64,000 nt of DNA from a virus, in the IMG/VR virus record IMGVR_UViG_3300012973_000014, positions 22-64,021 of that record; one strand, 5' to 3'. The position numbers were made by a program, and so were the translations under genes. Below the pieces are notes generated by a model that saw only the letters and a list, made by a program, of their open reading frames with translations, was not told the DNA's origin and did no database searches. The stretch's first letter is position 1. Each line of letters begins with the position of its first letter. Positions 27,578-36,277 of the stretch are shown here, piece by piece.

Positions 27578-28093
27578 ATGGAATTATTGGAAACTATTGC
27601 TTACGAGCATGGATTGGATTTGATTGAAACGACTTCGGATGGAACCGGTTATCCTCGTGATTTGAAGTATGCTGTTATCGGTTTTGAAACCTTTGACGAG
27701 GCTCAGGAGTTGGCGGACAGGTATGGATTGACTGTTCGGGAGTTTACCAGACGTGATGGTTGGCAGCTTTGGGTGAGAGGTGGAAAGATGTTCGGGGAGT
27801 ATGATTATGAGAAAGTAATGGGCGAGGGGTATCCAAACGAAGTTATTAGAACGTATCGTCATACTGATGCTGAAGATGTTATATCCGATTTGAGAGAGCA
27901 CCTGCAGTATGCCAGCTTGCGTGATATGAAAATCCTGATTGAGAACGCTGAGGAGGTCTTAGAGAAGTTAGATGGCTGTCAACCGGATGAGTTTATTGTA
28001 ACATGCGCCGGAGAGTATGACGGCACTTATCATTGCAAAACCATGTCCTTCGCCTACGACTCTTCCCGATACGCAATCGGAATTGCGGAGTAA
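27578..28093 (+). CDS. hypothetical protein
   Basis: 171 aa. Cassette at 27559. Confidence 0.5.
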   Translation: MELLETIAYEHGLDLIETTSDGTGYPRDLKYAVIGFETFDEAQELADRYGLTVREFTRRDGWQLWVRGGKMFGEYDYEKVMGEGYPNEVIRTYRHTDAEDVISDLREHLQYASLRDMKILIENAEEVLEKLDGCQPDEFIVTCAGEYDGTYHCKTMSFAYDSSRYAIGIAE

Positions 28094-28187
28094 AAATAGG
28101 GCCGAGATGGCGAAAGCTGTCTCAGCCCACTTTTGTTAACCAGTGCCAAGCGGGGTGCGCACGCCCTTTTAGGGTTAATGGCCCGTA

Positions 28188-28637
28188 TTGCCTATGCAAG
28201 TATTCATTCCTTATGCAAGTCCGTTTGATACGGCAATGGCATTAAAAGGAGATAGACGCTTCTTAAAACAGATTCAAGAAACAAGACAGATTCTCTCTGC
28301 TATCTACGACCCGACAAGAGGATACGCTAATCATCCTGTGACTAAGATGTACAAGAATCATACTCAATGGCTTTATCTGTATCTCATGGTGTTTGAGTTT
28401 GTCAGAGACAACAATCTGATATCAGCCCGGTTCACTTCATTCTGCGCTGACAGATGCAGACCCGAGTGGATGACTGATGAGCTATGTGACCAGCATAAGA
28501 GACGCCTGTATACCAAGAATCCGCAGCGTTACCCACATTGGGCTCATCTTGGTACATCGCTGGAAAATTGGTATGTAGTGAACGGGGAGGTAAAAAAGTA
28601 CATTAATGGCAAAATAATTTTGCAAAATAAAAACTAA
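28188..28637 (+). CDS. hypothetical protein
   Basis: 149 aa. Behind the class-2 leader. Confidence 0.5.
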   Translation: MPMQVFIPYASPFDTAMALKGDRRFLKQIQETRQILSAIYDPTRGYANHPVTKMYKNHTQWLYLYLMVFEFVRDNNLISARFTSFCADRCRPEWMTDELCDQHKRRLYTKNPQRYPHWAHLGTSLENWYVVNGEVKKYINGKIILQNKN

Positions 28638-28736
28638 CCTATTAACTTTGTAAGAAAATTTGAGATATGACACTATTGTTTATTATATGGGGAATCGCGT
28701 ATTTCTGCGAGGAACTGATAAATGGAGGTAAATAGT

Positions 28737-29498
28737 ATGGTTTACGCGTATTATCGTTATTCTACAGGCAAGCAGACTGAGATGCAACAGGAGCATAGAG
28801 TTCGGGAATACTGCCATAACCGAGGCATAACTATCGACGCTGTGGTTATAGATAGAGCCGTAAGTGGAGCCATATCTATAGAAAACAGGAATCTCGCAGC
28901 GCTGATTGGAAAGATGAAGCCGGGGGATACATTGATTGTTTCAGAGGTATCACGTATATCCCGTTCTATTGGGGACTTCTGCGAGTTTATATTGGTTGCC
29001 ATGCCTAAGCTTAAAGCGAGGCTAATCGTCTGCAGTATGGGTCTGGATATAGATTGTGCTAATATGTCCGGTATGACGCAGATGCAGCTGATGATGTTTT
29101 CATGCTTCGCTCAGATAGAGCGAGAGCTTATTACGGACCGTATTCAGGCGGCAATAGACGCTCGCAAGGAAGCCGCTAAGGTTAACGGTGGTTGGACATC
29201 CAAGTCCGGCAATTACTGCACTCATTTGGGACGGGATTCGTTCAACGACCCTTCAGCAGCCGGTAAGAAATCGGCATTCAACAAGAAGAAGAAGTTTATG
29301 AAGGGTATGCGCCCGGTAGCGGAGCATATAAGGTTATTAAAAAGCACTACAGATTTGGATAATCTACGAATAGCTATTGCCCTTAATAATGCCGGATTCA
29401 GAACTGGCAACGGAGGTAAGTTCCATCATTCACATATACCTAAAATACTGAAATATGACGAAGAAGGTATCTATTACGAAGAAGCAGACTTCATGTAA
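28737..29498 (+). CDS. small serine recombinase (resolvase/invertase family)
   Basis: 'VYAYYRYSTGKQ' catalytic Ser motif, 'SEVSRISRS', C-terminal HTH. Start placed at the Met before the motif (ORF track 28722). Confidence 0.75.
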   Translation: MVYAYYRYSTGKQTEMQQEHRVREYCHNRGITIDAVVIDRAVSGAISIENRNLAALIGKMKPGDTLIVSEVSRISRSIGDFCEFILVAMPKLKARLIVCSMGLDIDCANMSGMTQMQLMMFSCFAQIERELITDRIQAAIDARKEAAKVNGGWTSKSGNYCTHLGRDSFNDPSAAGKKSAFNKKKKFMKGMRPVAEHIRLLKSTTDLDNLRIAIALNNAGFRTGNGGKFHHSHIPKILKYDEEGIYYEEADFM

Positions 29499-29556
29499 GA
29501 AATGTAAGGACTGCTATTGGGTTATCCCTGACATGAGCAACTTGTCAATACCGACA

Positions 29557-29579
29557 CAGGAACCTATAATGGGTTCCTG
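29557..29579. promoter_or_regulatory. 23-bp perfect palindrome CAGGAACC-TATAATG-GGTTCCTG (candidate recombinase site or operator)
   Basis: Seen directly in the sequence, 58 nt downstream of the recombinase stop. Confidence 0.35.
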
Positions 29580-29623
29580 CCGGTTCCAAAAATATAAAGT
29601 ATTACTTAATCAAAACGCATGCA

Positions 29624-30067
29624 ATGAGAACTTTAAGAAGAGAGATGAACGATAAGGAGAAAAATGAAATAAACTCCCTTATTAACAGCTATTTTGTCCT
29701 TATGGAGGGTGCTGATATGCTCATAAGGAGAAGTGAAGCTTTGTTTAACAATTTTGGACAAGGATGGGATGGTAATCGAAAGATGAGACACAACCGTATA
29801 ATGCGCCATGTGTCCGCATTAAAGCTGGAGCTGGATTCATTCTTCAAAGACTATGAGTGCTTCGGTAAGGGCGAGAACTATGTAACCAAGTATGACATGA
29901 TGCGTGATGCAGCTTCATATATAACAAGATTGACACTCCTTATAGGAGATAGGACCTGCAGGGAAGATGAGAAGAGAGTTAGGCAGAATATCTGGGATTA
30001 CATCTATTACTTGCCTGAGCAAGGGTTGATTACTGATGAGGCTTTGGATAAACTTAAAATGAGGTAG
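29624..30067 (+). CDS. hypothetical protein
   Basis: 147-aa ORF. Start may be Met-8. Confidence 0.45.
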   Translation: MRTLRREMNDKEKNEINSLINSYFVLMEGADMLIRRSEALFNNFGQGWDGNRKMRHNRIMRHVSALKLELDSFFKDYECFGKGENYVTKYDMMRDAASYITRLTLLIGDRTCREDEKRVRQNIWDYIYYLPEQGLITDEALDKLKMR

Positions 30068-30091
30068 CGCAACAGGTGGAAATAAAATTGA

Positions 30092-30427
30092 TTGAAGATA
30101 AAGAGAGCAGTAATGAATAGTGAATTATCAGAAGGTATATACATTATCCCAAAGCAATATAAGGTTATTGTTAGTGGAAATGAAGTTCACGTCCTTCCTC
30201 GCAAAGTGCTTAAAGAATATCGTTGTAAGGACTGCGAGTACAGACAGGAGGGGTATGCCACGATAAACGCATATCATAAGTCTTGGGTATGTAAACAACG
30301 CCCCAAAGAGATACTTAACCCAAATTATTGCAATCAAACTATATTCTATTGTGCTCCATATTATGGGAGGCCCTGTAAGGAGTTCAAATTGAAAGGAGGT
30401 GATAGTCATGAAAGAAGAAAGAGGTAA
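30092..30427 (+). CDS. Cys-rich zinc-finger-like protein
   Basis: 'CKDCEY...WVCKQRP...YCNQ'. Confidence 0.4.
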   Translation: MKIKRAVMNSELSEGIYIIPKQYKVIVSGNEVHVLPRKVLKEYRCKDCEYRQEGYATINAYHKSWVCKQRPKEILNPNYCNQTIFYCAPYYGRPCKEFKLKGGDSHERRKR

Positions 30428-30562
30428 AGAATATCTGCTACACCCTATAGACCAGTTGCAGATGTTGGAAATGCAAAAGATGGATGCAGTGCTGAAGCAG
30501 CGCAAAGCAGAACTTGCGAGAGAGTTCCCGTTCAAGAAAAGAGGATTCAGGAAACATGTAAG

Positions 30563-30961
30563 ATGATTATGAAAAACTTTGAATTTAAGAGTCAAGTGGC
30601 AACGAGCGTAGAACAAAGTAAACGCTTGTTAGAATTAGGTCTCAAGAAGGAGACTGCGGATATGACAATCCATATCAAGAAAGATAACTCTTGGTATGTG
30701 ACCGCAGAACCTTTCTACGAATGGGAAGATGATATGAACACTCTTCCGAGTTGGGAAGAACCAGAGTTGATAATCCCCGCTTGGAGCCTGCACAGGTTGG
30801 TTGAAATGATAAATTATCCTTCTAATATAGATGCTATTAAAGAATTACTTGCTGCAAAAACTATGTTTAATGATAGATTATATGATAGGGTAATTGATAT
30901 AATTGAATATCTTATTAGTAATAATAATTTTAACAAAGATTATCTGGAGGAGAGGAAATGA
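30563..30961 (+). CDS. hypothetical protein
   Basis: 132-aa ORF. Confidence 0.45.
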   Translation: MIMKNFEFKSQVATSVEQSKRLLELGLKKETADMTIHIKKDNSWYVTAEPFYEWEDDMNTLPSWEEPELIIPAWSLHRLVEMINYPSNIDAIKELLAAKTMFNDRLYDRVIDIIEYLISNNNFNKDYLEERK

Positions 30962-31258
30962 TAAAAGACCAAATCATAAACAAAGAACTACAAGACATTC
31001 TAAAGCAATACCCAGATGATGCGATAGTGAGTATTGAGTATTGCAACATTAGAGAGTTGAAGTATTACGAAGATAAGAACTTAATTGTAATTAATTAGTT
31101 ATGACTGCAAATGAAGTTATACACTATATGAGGTATGGCGTATTGATGAACACTCTTGATATACCTGTCAAAGTAAATGGTAAGGAGATAACTGATATTA
31201 AGTTGGTAGGGAGCAATGAGGATGGTAACTTTTATTTTAATCTTAAAACTGAATAGAA

Positions 31259-31447
31259 ATGAAATATAGGATTATAAAAAGGTCTTTTGGTTCCATAAAT
31301 GAATATATGCCTCAAAGAAAATGGTTAGGCATCTGGTGGAATATATCTACTTTTTGGTGTAAGTGTTACTCAACTGCTGAAGATAGAATTTTGGAATCAA
31401 AAGCAAGTAGACAAAAAAAGATATACGAAGTTATTTGGGAGGAATAA
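31259..31447 (+). CDS. hypothetical protein
   Basis: 62-aa ORF. Confidence 0.3.
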   Translation: MKYRIIKRSFGSINEYMPQRKWLGIWWNISTFWCKCYSTAEDRILESKASRQKKIYEVIWEE

Positions 31448-31863
31448 AAATGAACGGAGAAATACAAGAAAGACCAACAAATAAAACACCTATGATATAT
31501 ACAGGTGGAGATTTTATTACTCCTTATCCTATGACTGAGGAGTTTATTAGAGAACTTGCAGACCTATACAATAAGTACGGGATAGATTCAAAGTTGAATA
31601 TGCGAGATTTCTTACTTGCAGAAATGTCTTACAACTTCCTTGCTGTAATGCACAATACAATGCGAAAAGAGAGTGAGATGCAAGAATCCAACGAAGGTCG
31701 TGCACTACTATACGCAGTTGAAAAGACCGCAGAGAGGACTAAGAGGGAGATGATTGAAAAGGCGGCGGAGTGGATGCGAAATTTTAAAGATGGTCAAGGT
31801 AATTTTCCACTATACGATTATGTCGGGAATCTTAAACAAGCAATGGAAGATGAAAGCAAGTGA
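31435..31863 (+). CDS. hypothetical protein
   Basis: 142-aa ORF. Confidence 0.45.
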   Translation: MGGIKMNGEIQERPTNKTPMIYTGGDFITPYPMTEEFIRELADLYNKYGIDSKLNMRDFLLAEMSYNFLAVMHNTMRKESEMQESNEGRALLYAVEKTAERTKREMIEKAAEWMRNFKDGQGNFPLYDYVGNLKQAMEDESK

Positions 31864-32071
31864 TTGGATTAAGGTAGAGGATAGGTTGCCAGAGATATGT
31901 GAGGATGTGCTTTTCTCTTGGGTTGGTAATAGTAATGTAAGGGAGTATGGAGTTGGGTATTATACGAATCTTTACATAAATAAAGAAGGGTTTATCTTAA
32001 AATACAAAGGTATCATACCATTAAAGTTTGTTGATTATTGGATGCCTATCGTACCACCAAAGGAAGATTGA
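31850..32071 (+). CDS. hypothetical protein
   Basis: Start at Met 'MKASDW', overlapping the previous stop. ORF track 31754..32071. Confidence 0.35.
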   Translation: MKASDWIKVEDRLPEICEDVLFSWVGNSNVREYGVGYYTNLYINKEGFILKYKGIIPLKFVDYWMPIVPPKED

Positions 32072-32380
32072 GTATGAAAGACTGCATAGCATACGATAAC
32101 GGTTGTTGTAAGACCGAAGAAGCACGATGGGGATTCCCTTGTGAGTGCTTGAATGAATATTACAAGGACGGTAAAAATTATTGTGTGGAGTATGAGCCGA
32201 ACAAAGAGACATAAACTAAAGTAAAGGAGAATGAGTTATGAACATCACGTCTTTTGCTATCCGTCTCTATTGGTTCCTTAAAGATATTGAGGTCCCGGAT
32301 GATATCAGTAGGGACGAAAAGGAATATTTAATGGATATTGCATTACAATTAATATCTGGAAAATCCCAATGACACCATTT

Positions 32381-32388
32381 TTATCTTA
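32381..32388 (+). promoter_or_regulatory. Bacteroidota-type -7 promoter element TATATTTG (TAnnTTTG) upstream of the HU gene
   Basis: Motif match. Established Bacteroides sigma-AB consensus TAnnTTTG. Confidence 0.3.
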
Positions 32389-32492
32389 TATTTGCACCGT
32401 AGTATTTTTGCTGATTATGCTGGCCGGTGCAGCGGCTATACTAACCGTAATATTCAGCATAGCAGCGTTTATTTTTAATTTAATTTCAAAAG

Positions 32493-32768
32493 ATGAAGAA
32501 AGCAGATTTGAAAAGTAGAGTAGCTAAGGCTACCGGCGTAGAGCATCACATCGTAGGTGCTATTGTTGACGCAGTTTTTCACGAACTAAAAGAAGGATTT
32601 GTTACCGGCGAGAAAATGGAGTTCCGAGGGTTCGGGACTTTCACCAAACGCACCTCTGGAGCTAAGGTCGGTAGAGTTATTGCCACCGGAGAATCTATCA
32701 ATATCCCTGCCCGTAATACTATTAAGTTCAAGGTGAGCAAGGAGATTTTAAACGAGATGAATAAATAG
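32493..32768 (+). CDS. hup: HU/IHF-family DNA-binding protein
   Basis: 'GFGTFTKRTSGAKVGRVIATGESINIPARNTIKFK'. Classic HU beta-arm and signature. Confidence 0.85.
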   Translation: MKKADLKSRVAKATGVEHHIVGAIVDAVFHELKEGFVTGEKMEFRGFGTFTKRTSGAKVGRVIATGESINIPARNTIKFKVSKEILNEMNK

Positions 32769-32771
32769 TTG

Positions 32772-32805
32772 AAGAGGACTCATTTAGAGTCCTCTTTCTC
32801 TTTGT
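32772..32805 (+). terminator. intrinsic terminator
   Basis: aaGAGGACTCatttaGAGTCCTCtttctctttg. Confidence 0.6.
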
Positions 32806-32871
32806 TTTCACATGCGCAGCCGGGGCATCCACCACAGCAATGTTCGCAACAGCAATCATGATTTTCCATGG

Positions 32872-33282
32872 TCAACATTCGTTTTCAAGCACACAATAAA
32901 TTTTCTGTGTCAAATCTCCAACCAAGTAGGAAGCCTCTTCGGAGAATACATCTATACCGTTAGCCTCAACGATATGTTTTGCTAAGTGGTCTATCTCATG
33001 GGCCGAGGAGTTCATCAGTTCATCAAATGAGCTCGCCTGACCTACAACAAGCACGCTCACTCTCTTTATGTAATTAGAATACGTCAAACCCTCGTTTTTT
33101 CGCCCATTTTTAAGACTTCTCTTTGCGTTGTATAGATTATCCCCTTTACATCCGAAACTCCTTAAATAAGCCAGAATTTCATCCGAATCCGATGGGCGGC
33201 TATAAAAGAATATATACACCGTCCAGTCGTATTCCCTCAAGTCAATCTTTGCTTTTTTCATAATTAAAGCATATCCTCCCAC
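32872..33282 (-). CDS. putative zinc metallopeptidase (HExxH; ImmA/IrrE- or minimal-zincin-like)
   Basis: 'SAHEIDHLAKH' HExxH. 136 aa. Confidence 0.45.
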   Translation of the reverse strand: MGGYALIMKKAKIDLREYDWTVYIFFYSRPSDSDEILAYLRSFGCKGDNLYNAKRSLKNGRKNEGLTYSNYIKRVSVLVVGQASSFDELMNSSAHEIDHLAKHIVEANGIDVFSEEASYLVGDLTQKIYCVLENEC

Positions 33283-33686
33283 ATAATAGGGATGCCTTTT
33301 GCGATACAGTCTGCATAGAAATGAGTAAAAGTCTTAGAGTCATACCCATCCACATCGCAGATATTATCTTTTATATGCAAAGCCGCCTGTTGCTCATCCT
33401 TAATAGAGGACCCGTAATAGTCGGCTTTTATCATATTGTAAAGATAAACCGCATCGTAGCCATTAATATCTTCTATCTCTACACTGTGCTTTTTGAGAAG
33501 TTCATCCACATGGTCTTTACTCGCAGGTTGGATTTTGACCATTTTCTCAGAACCCTCTGCTTTCTTCTTCATATTGGATACTGCCCATTTGCACATCTTA
33601 GGGCTGAAATGCCAGCCATATATGGAAAGGTAATCTTCCATTCCCGAAGGGAACACATCCCTCGCATCAAGTCTTTGCCTACACAT
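33264..33686 (-). CDS. hypothetical protein
   Basis: 140 aa. Overlaps the downstream peptidase-like gene by 19 nt. Confidence 0.45.
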   Translation of the reverse strand: MCRQRLDARDVFPSGMEDYLSIYGWHFSPKMCKWAVSNMKKKAEGSEKMVKIQPASKDHVDELLKKHSVEIEDINGYDAVYLYNMIKADYYGSSIKDEQQAALHIKDNICDVDGYDSKTFTHFYADCIAKGIPIMWEDML

Positions 33687-33728
33687 AACTCTAAATGTTT
33701 TAAGAGAGGGGCGAACCCCTCTCCGGTT

Positions 33729-33947
33729 CTAAATGTATCTTCCACGAGAGTCCCTACGTCTTCTCTCACCCATATAGTCCATATCGTCCCAGTCTTCTTT
33801 CATACCGTAACGATTACCATATCTAGAGCCACCTCTGTGGCCCATCTCTTCCATGGCTTTCTGGTATCCGTGCTCACATCCTTCCTCGTAAGCCTCTTCA
33901 ACCTCGTCTTTTCGGCCATAGCCTTCTCTGATTTCCCACATTCTCAT
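33729..33947 (-). CDS. small R/G/Y/E-rich protein
   Basis: 72 aa. 'GHRGGSRYGNRYG...RRRRDSRGRY'. Confidence 0.35.
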   Translation of the reverse strand: MRMWEIREGYGRKDEVEEAYEEGCEHGYQKAMEEMGHRGGSRYGNRYGMKEDWDDMDYMGERRRRDSRGRYI

Positions 33948-33951
33948 AACA

Positions 33952-34485
33952 TTACTCTTTTTTAGGATTAGAACTACGCTTTTCAGCCCTCAAGTCAGCA
34001 ATCAGACCAGCAAGCTCTGTCATACTCTTGCTGAACACTTGCATCTGGTCTTTCAAGCTGTTTATCTCAGCTTGCTGCTGCTGTTTCTCAGCATACTCAG
34101 GATTCAAGGTCTGCAAGATAGTGTCGCATCCGGCAATCATTTCCTGATGGAACCCTACACTATTGATAAGGTCGATGCTCTTTTGCTTCATGGACATCAC
34201 CTCTGCGTTCATAGCATCCCTACTTGTGGATATCACCTGCATTCCTGCCCCGCCAAAGTCTGCTATGTCTTGGTTAGCCGGAAGCTTTTGATATGTGATA
34301 TTCTGTTCCCCTACCCTGACAACCAAATCCACCACCATCTCCGGAGCCTGTCCGAACTGCTGAGGAACTGGATATTTCGGAGTAGGCATAGAAACGCTTA
34401 CTACGGTCGCTTTCTCAACAAAAGGTTTGTTGTCCTTGTGCAAAATATAAATCTGATTACTTGGTCTTAAATTCTGAAAAGCCAT
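33952..34485 (-). CDS. hypothetical protein with C-terminal coiled coil
   Basis: 177-aa ORF. Q/E-rich heptads at the C-terminus. Confidence 0.5.
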   Translation of the reverse strand: MAFQNLRPSNQIYILHKDNKPFVEKATVVSVSMPTPKYPVPQQFGQAPEMVVDLVVRVGEQNITYQKLPANQDIADFGGAGMQVISTSRDAMNAEVMSMKQKSIDLINSVGFHQEMIAGCDTILQTLNPEYAEKQQQQAEINSLKDQMQVFSKSMTELAGLIADLRAEKRSSNPKKE

Positions 34486-34507
34486 AGTTCTAAATGTTTG
34501 TTAATAA

Positions 34508-34861
34508 TTAAAATGAACTTGTTGCATCAGCCGCCGCTGCTGCCGCAGGTGCTTCATAAGTCCCTACTAATTGCAATCTTCCTGTACGGCTATTGTAATA
34601 AACAAGTACTAAACTTGATGTACCTACCCCTCCTATATCGGCTACGGTAGCCTGCCCTCCTATTGAGTTAAGAAGTTGTACCGAGCCGAAAAGAATAGGC
34701 AGTTCATCTGTAGCAGTCGTCGGGATTGGCTGCTGTAAATCCACGAGCAGCAAACCTGTAAAAGCTGTATTACGGAAAGCCTCAAATGTGTATGTTACAT
34801 TTGTTGCAGTCGCAGTAACACCTATACTCTCAATCCCTATCGTTCTGTTCAAGATAAACAT
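34508..34861 (-). CDS. hypothetical beta-rich protein with C-terminal poly-Ala
   Basis: 117 aa. T/V/G-rich. Confidence 0.45.
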   Translation of the reverse strand: MFILNRTIGIESIGVTATATNVTYTFEAFRNTAFTGLLLVDLQQPIPTTATDELPILFGSVQLLNSIGGQATVADIGGVGTSSLVLVYYNSRTGRLQLVGTYEAPAAAAAADATSSF

Positions 34862-34872
34862 AGTCTCAGAAA

Positions 34873-35811
34873 TTAAAATGCGTTATTAAAGCCATTGCAG
34901 AAGTTTCCGTAAGGGAAACCATAACCGGCTCCGAAGCCATAACCACAGTAAGGAGCATAAGCTACATTAATACTGCGATTTACTGGAACATACTCAGGAG
35001 TCGCAGTGATTACCTCAGTCTTAGGAAGACGGCATTTAATACTCTCAAGCTCAGCCGCAATAGGGTTTGTAGCTGCGGCAATCATATTGCCAAGCTTATA
35101 AGTCTGTTTCTCCTCCTGAAGAGTAGCAATCTCTCTCTGAAGCTCTCTCTTCTCGATAGCAGCCTGACCAGCAAGAATCTGAGCAGTAGAATCCTTAATC
35201 GCATTCTCAAGAGCACAAGTCTGGTCTTTCTGAGCATAAGCTACTGATGAAAAACCTTGGCTCAAAATCTGATTGGTATTACAAAAACCTCTTTCTGTTA
35301 GGTAATTAGACTCAAGAATACCCTTCTCTATTGAACAGCAACAAGAAGCAATCTGGCTTGCTAGAGCGTTATTACCCTGCATCAATGAAGTGATAATCTG
35401 GTTAGTACTCTGACCCATCTGAGTACCAAGGTTACAAATCTGGGTTGATACCTGACCGATAGCGTCTCTTACGCGGTCTACTGAACAGTTAATTGACTGA
35501 GCCAACTGTGAAAGGTCTACACCGTTTCTCTGGATGGCTGACATAAGCATCTCACGCTCTGCATTAGCAGCTGCGTAATTACCATTGCCATTGTTACCAA
35601 AACCGAAGTTACCGTTGCCGAAGATGGCTGCTACTACGATTAGAGCCAAGATATCTTGGAACCCGTTACCGCCCCAAAAACCATTGCCACCACCATTGTT
35701 CATAATACCCATCAAGTAAGCTGGGTCAATACCTTTGCTCTGGAGCAAAGAAGGAAGCATAGCGCTTAGATTGCCGGCTCCCGAGTCAAAAACATAAGTT
35801 TTGTCTGACAT
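34873..35811 (-). CDS. glycine-rich, Cys-cluster protein of unknown function
   Basis: 312 aa. 'GGGNGFWGGNGFQD', hydrophobic 'ILALIVVAAIFGNGNFGFGNNGNGNY', 'SCCCS', C-terminal 'CGYGFGAGYGFPYGNFCNGF'. Confidence 0.5.
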   Translation of the reverse strand: MSDKTYVFDSGAGNLSAMLPSLLQSKGIDPAYLMGIMNNGGGNGFWGGNGFQDILALIVVAAIFGNGNFGFGNNGNGNYAAANAEREMLMSAIQRNGVDLSQLAQSINCSVDRVRDAIGQVSTQICNLGTQMGQSTNQIITSLMQGNNALASQIASCCCSIEKGILESNYLTERGFCNTNQILSQGFSSVAYAQKDQTCALENAIKDSTAQILAGQAAIEKRELQREIATLQEEKQTYKLGNMIAAATNPIAAELESIKCRLPKTEVITATPEYVPVNRSINVAYAPYCGYGFGAGYGFPYGNFCNGFNNAF

Positions 35812-36034
35812 AATGTTTTTTCGTTATAACAAAATTGAGTGCGCTTTATGGGAGGCACTGTTGTCCCTTGTTGCAACAATACGAAGGTATAACAAGGCAA
35901 ATCGGGAAAAGTTCATTCTATCAAGAAAAAATTATTGTACTGAATATGTGAGTGTTACCTGATAGGTGTGAAGATAATTTTGCAAAATAGGAGTTAAATA
36001 CCTTACTTTGTAGAAATTTTAAAAGAAAGCGGAT

Positions 36035-36277
36035 ATGAAAAAATTGTTTATTCTTATGCTCGGAGTGGTTCTGCTCGCGAGTTGTTGCGCCAGCGACCCA
36101 AGTAATTACAAGAAGTATGAAGTCAAATTACCGGATGGCTCTGTGGAGTATGTCAGAGCAGCGTATTGTCATGAACACGGTAGCGGAGTAGTAGAGTTTG
36201 GACCGGGACGCATCGTTATCTACAAAAATTTTGTTTCAATCAGAAAAGTGGAGATAAGAGCTCATGAGAGACGATAA
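36035..36277 (+). CDS. small lipoprotein
   Basis: Signal peptide plus lipobox 'VLLASCCAS'. 80 aa. Confidence 0.55.
   Translation: MKKLFILMLGVVLLASCCASDPSNYKKYEVKLPDGSVEYVRAAYCHEHGSGVVEFGPGRIVIYKNFVSIRKVEIRAHERR

Noticed and set aside
29455-29655. 66-aa Cys-containing ORF overlapping the recombinase 3' end
   Set aside because: It overlaps a confident gene in another frame and spans the 23-bp palindrome. It is more likely a regulatory DNA region than a gene.
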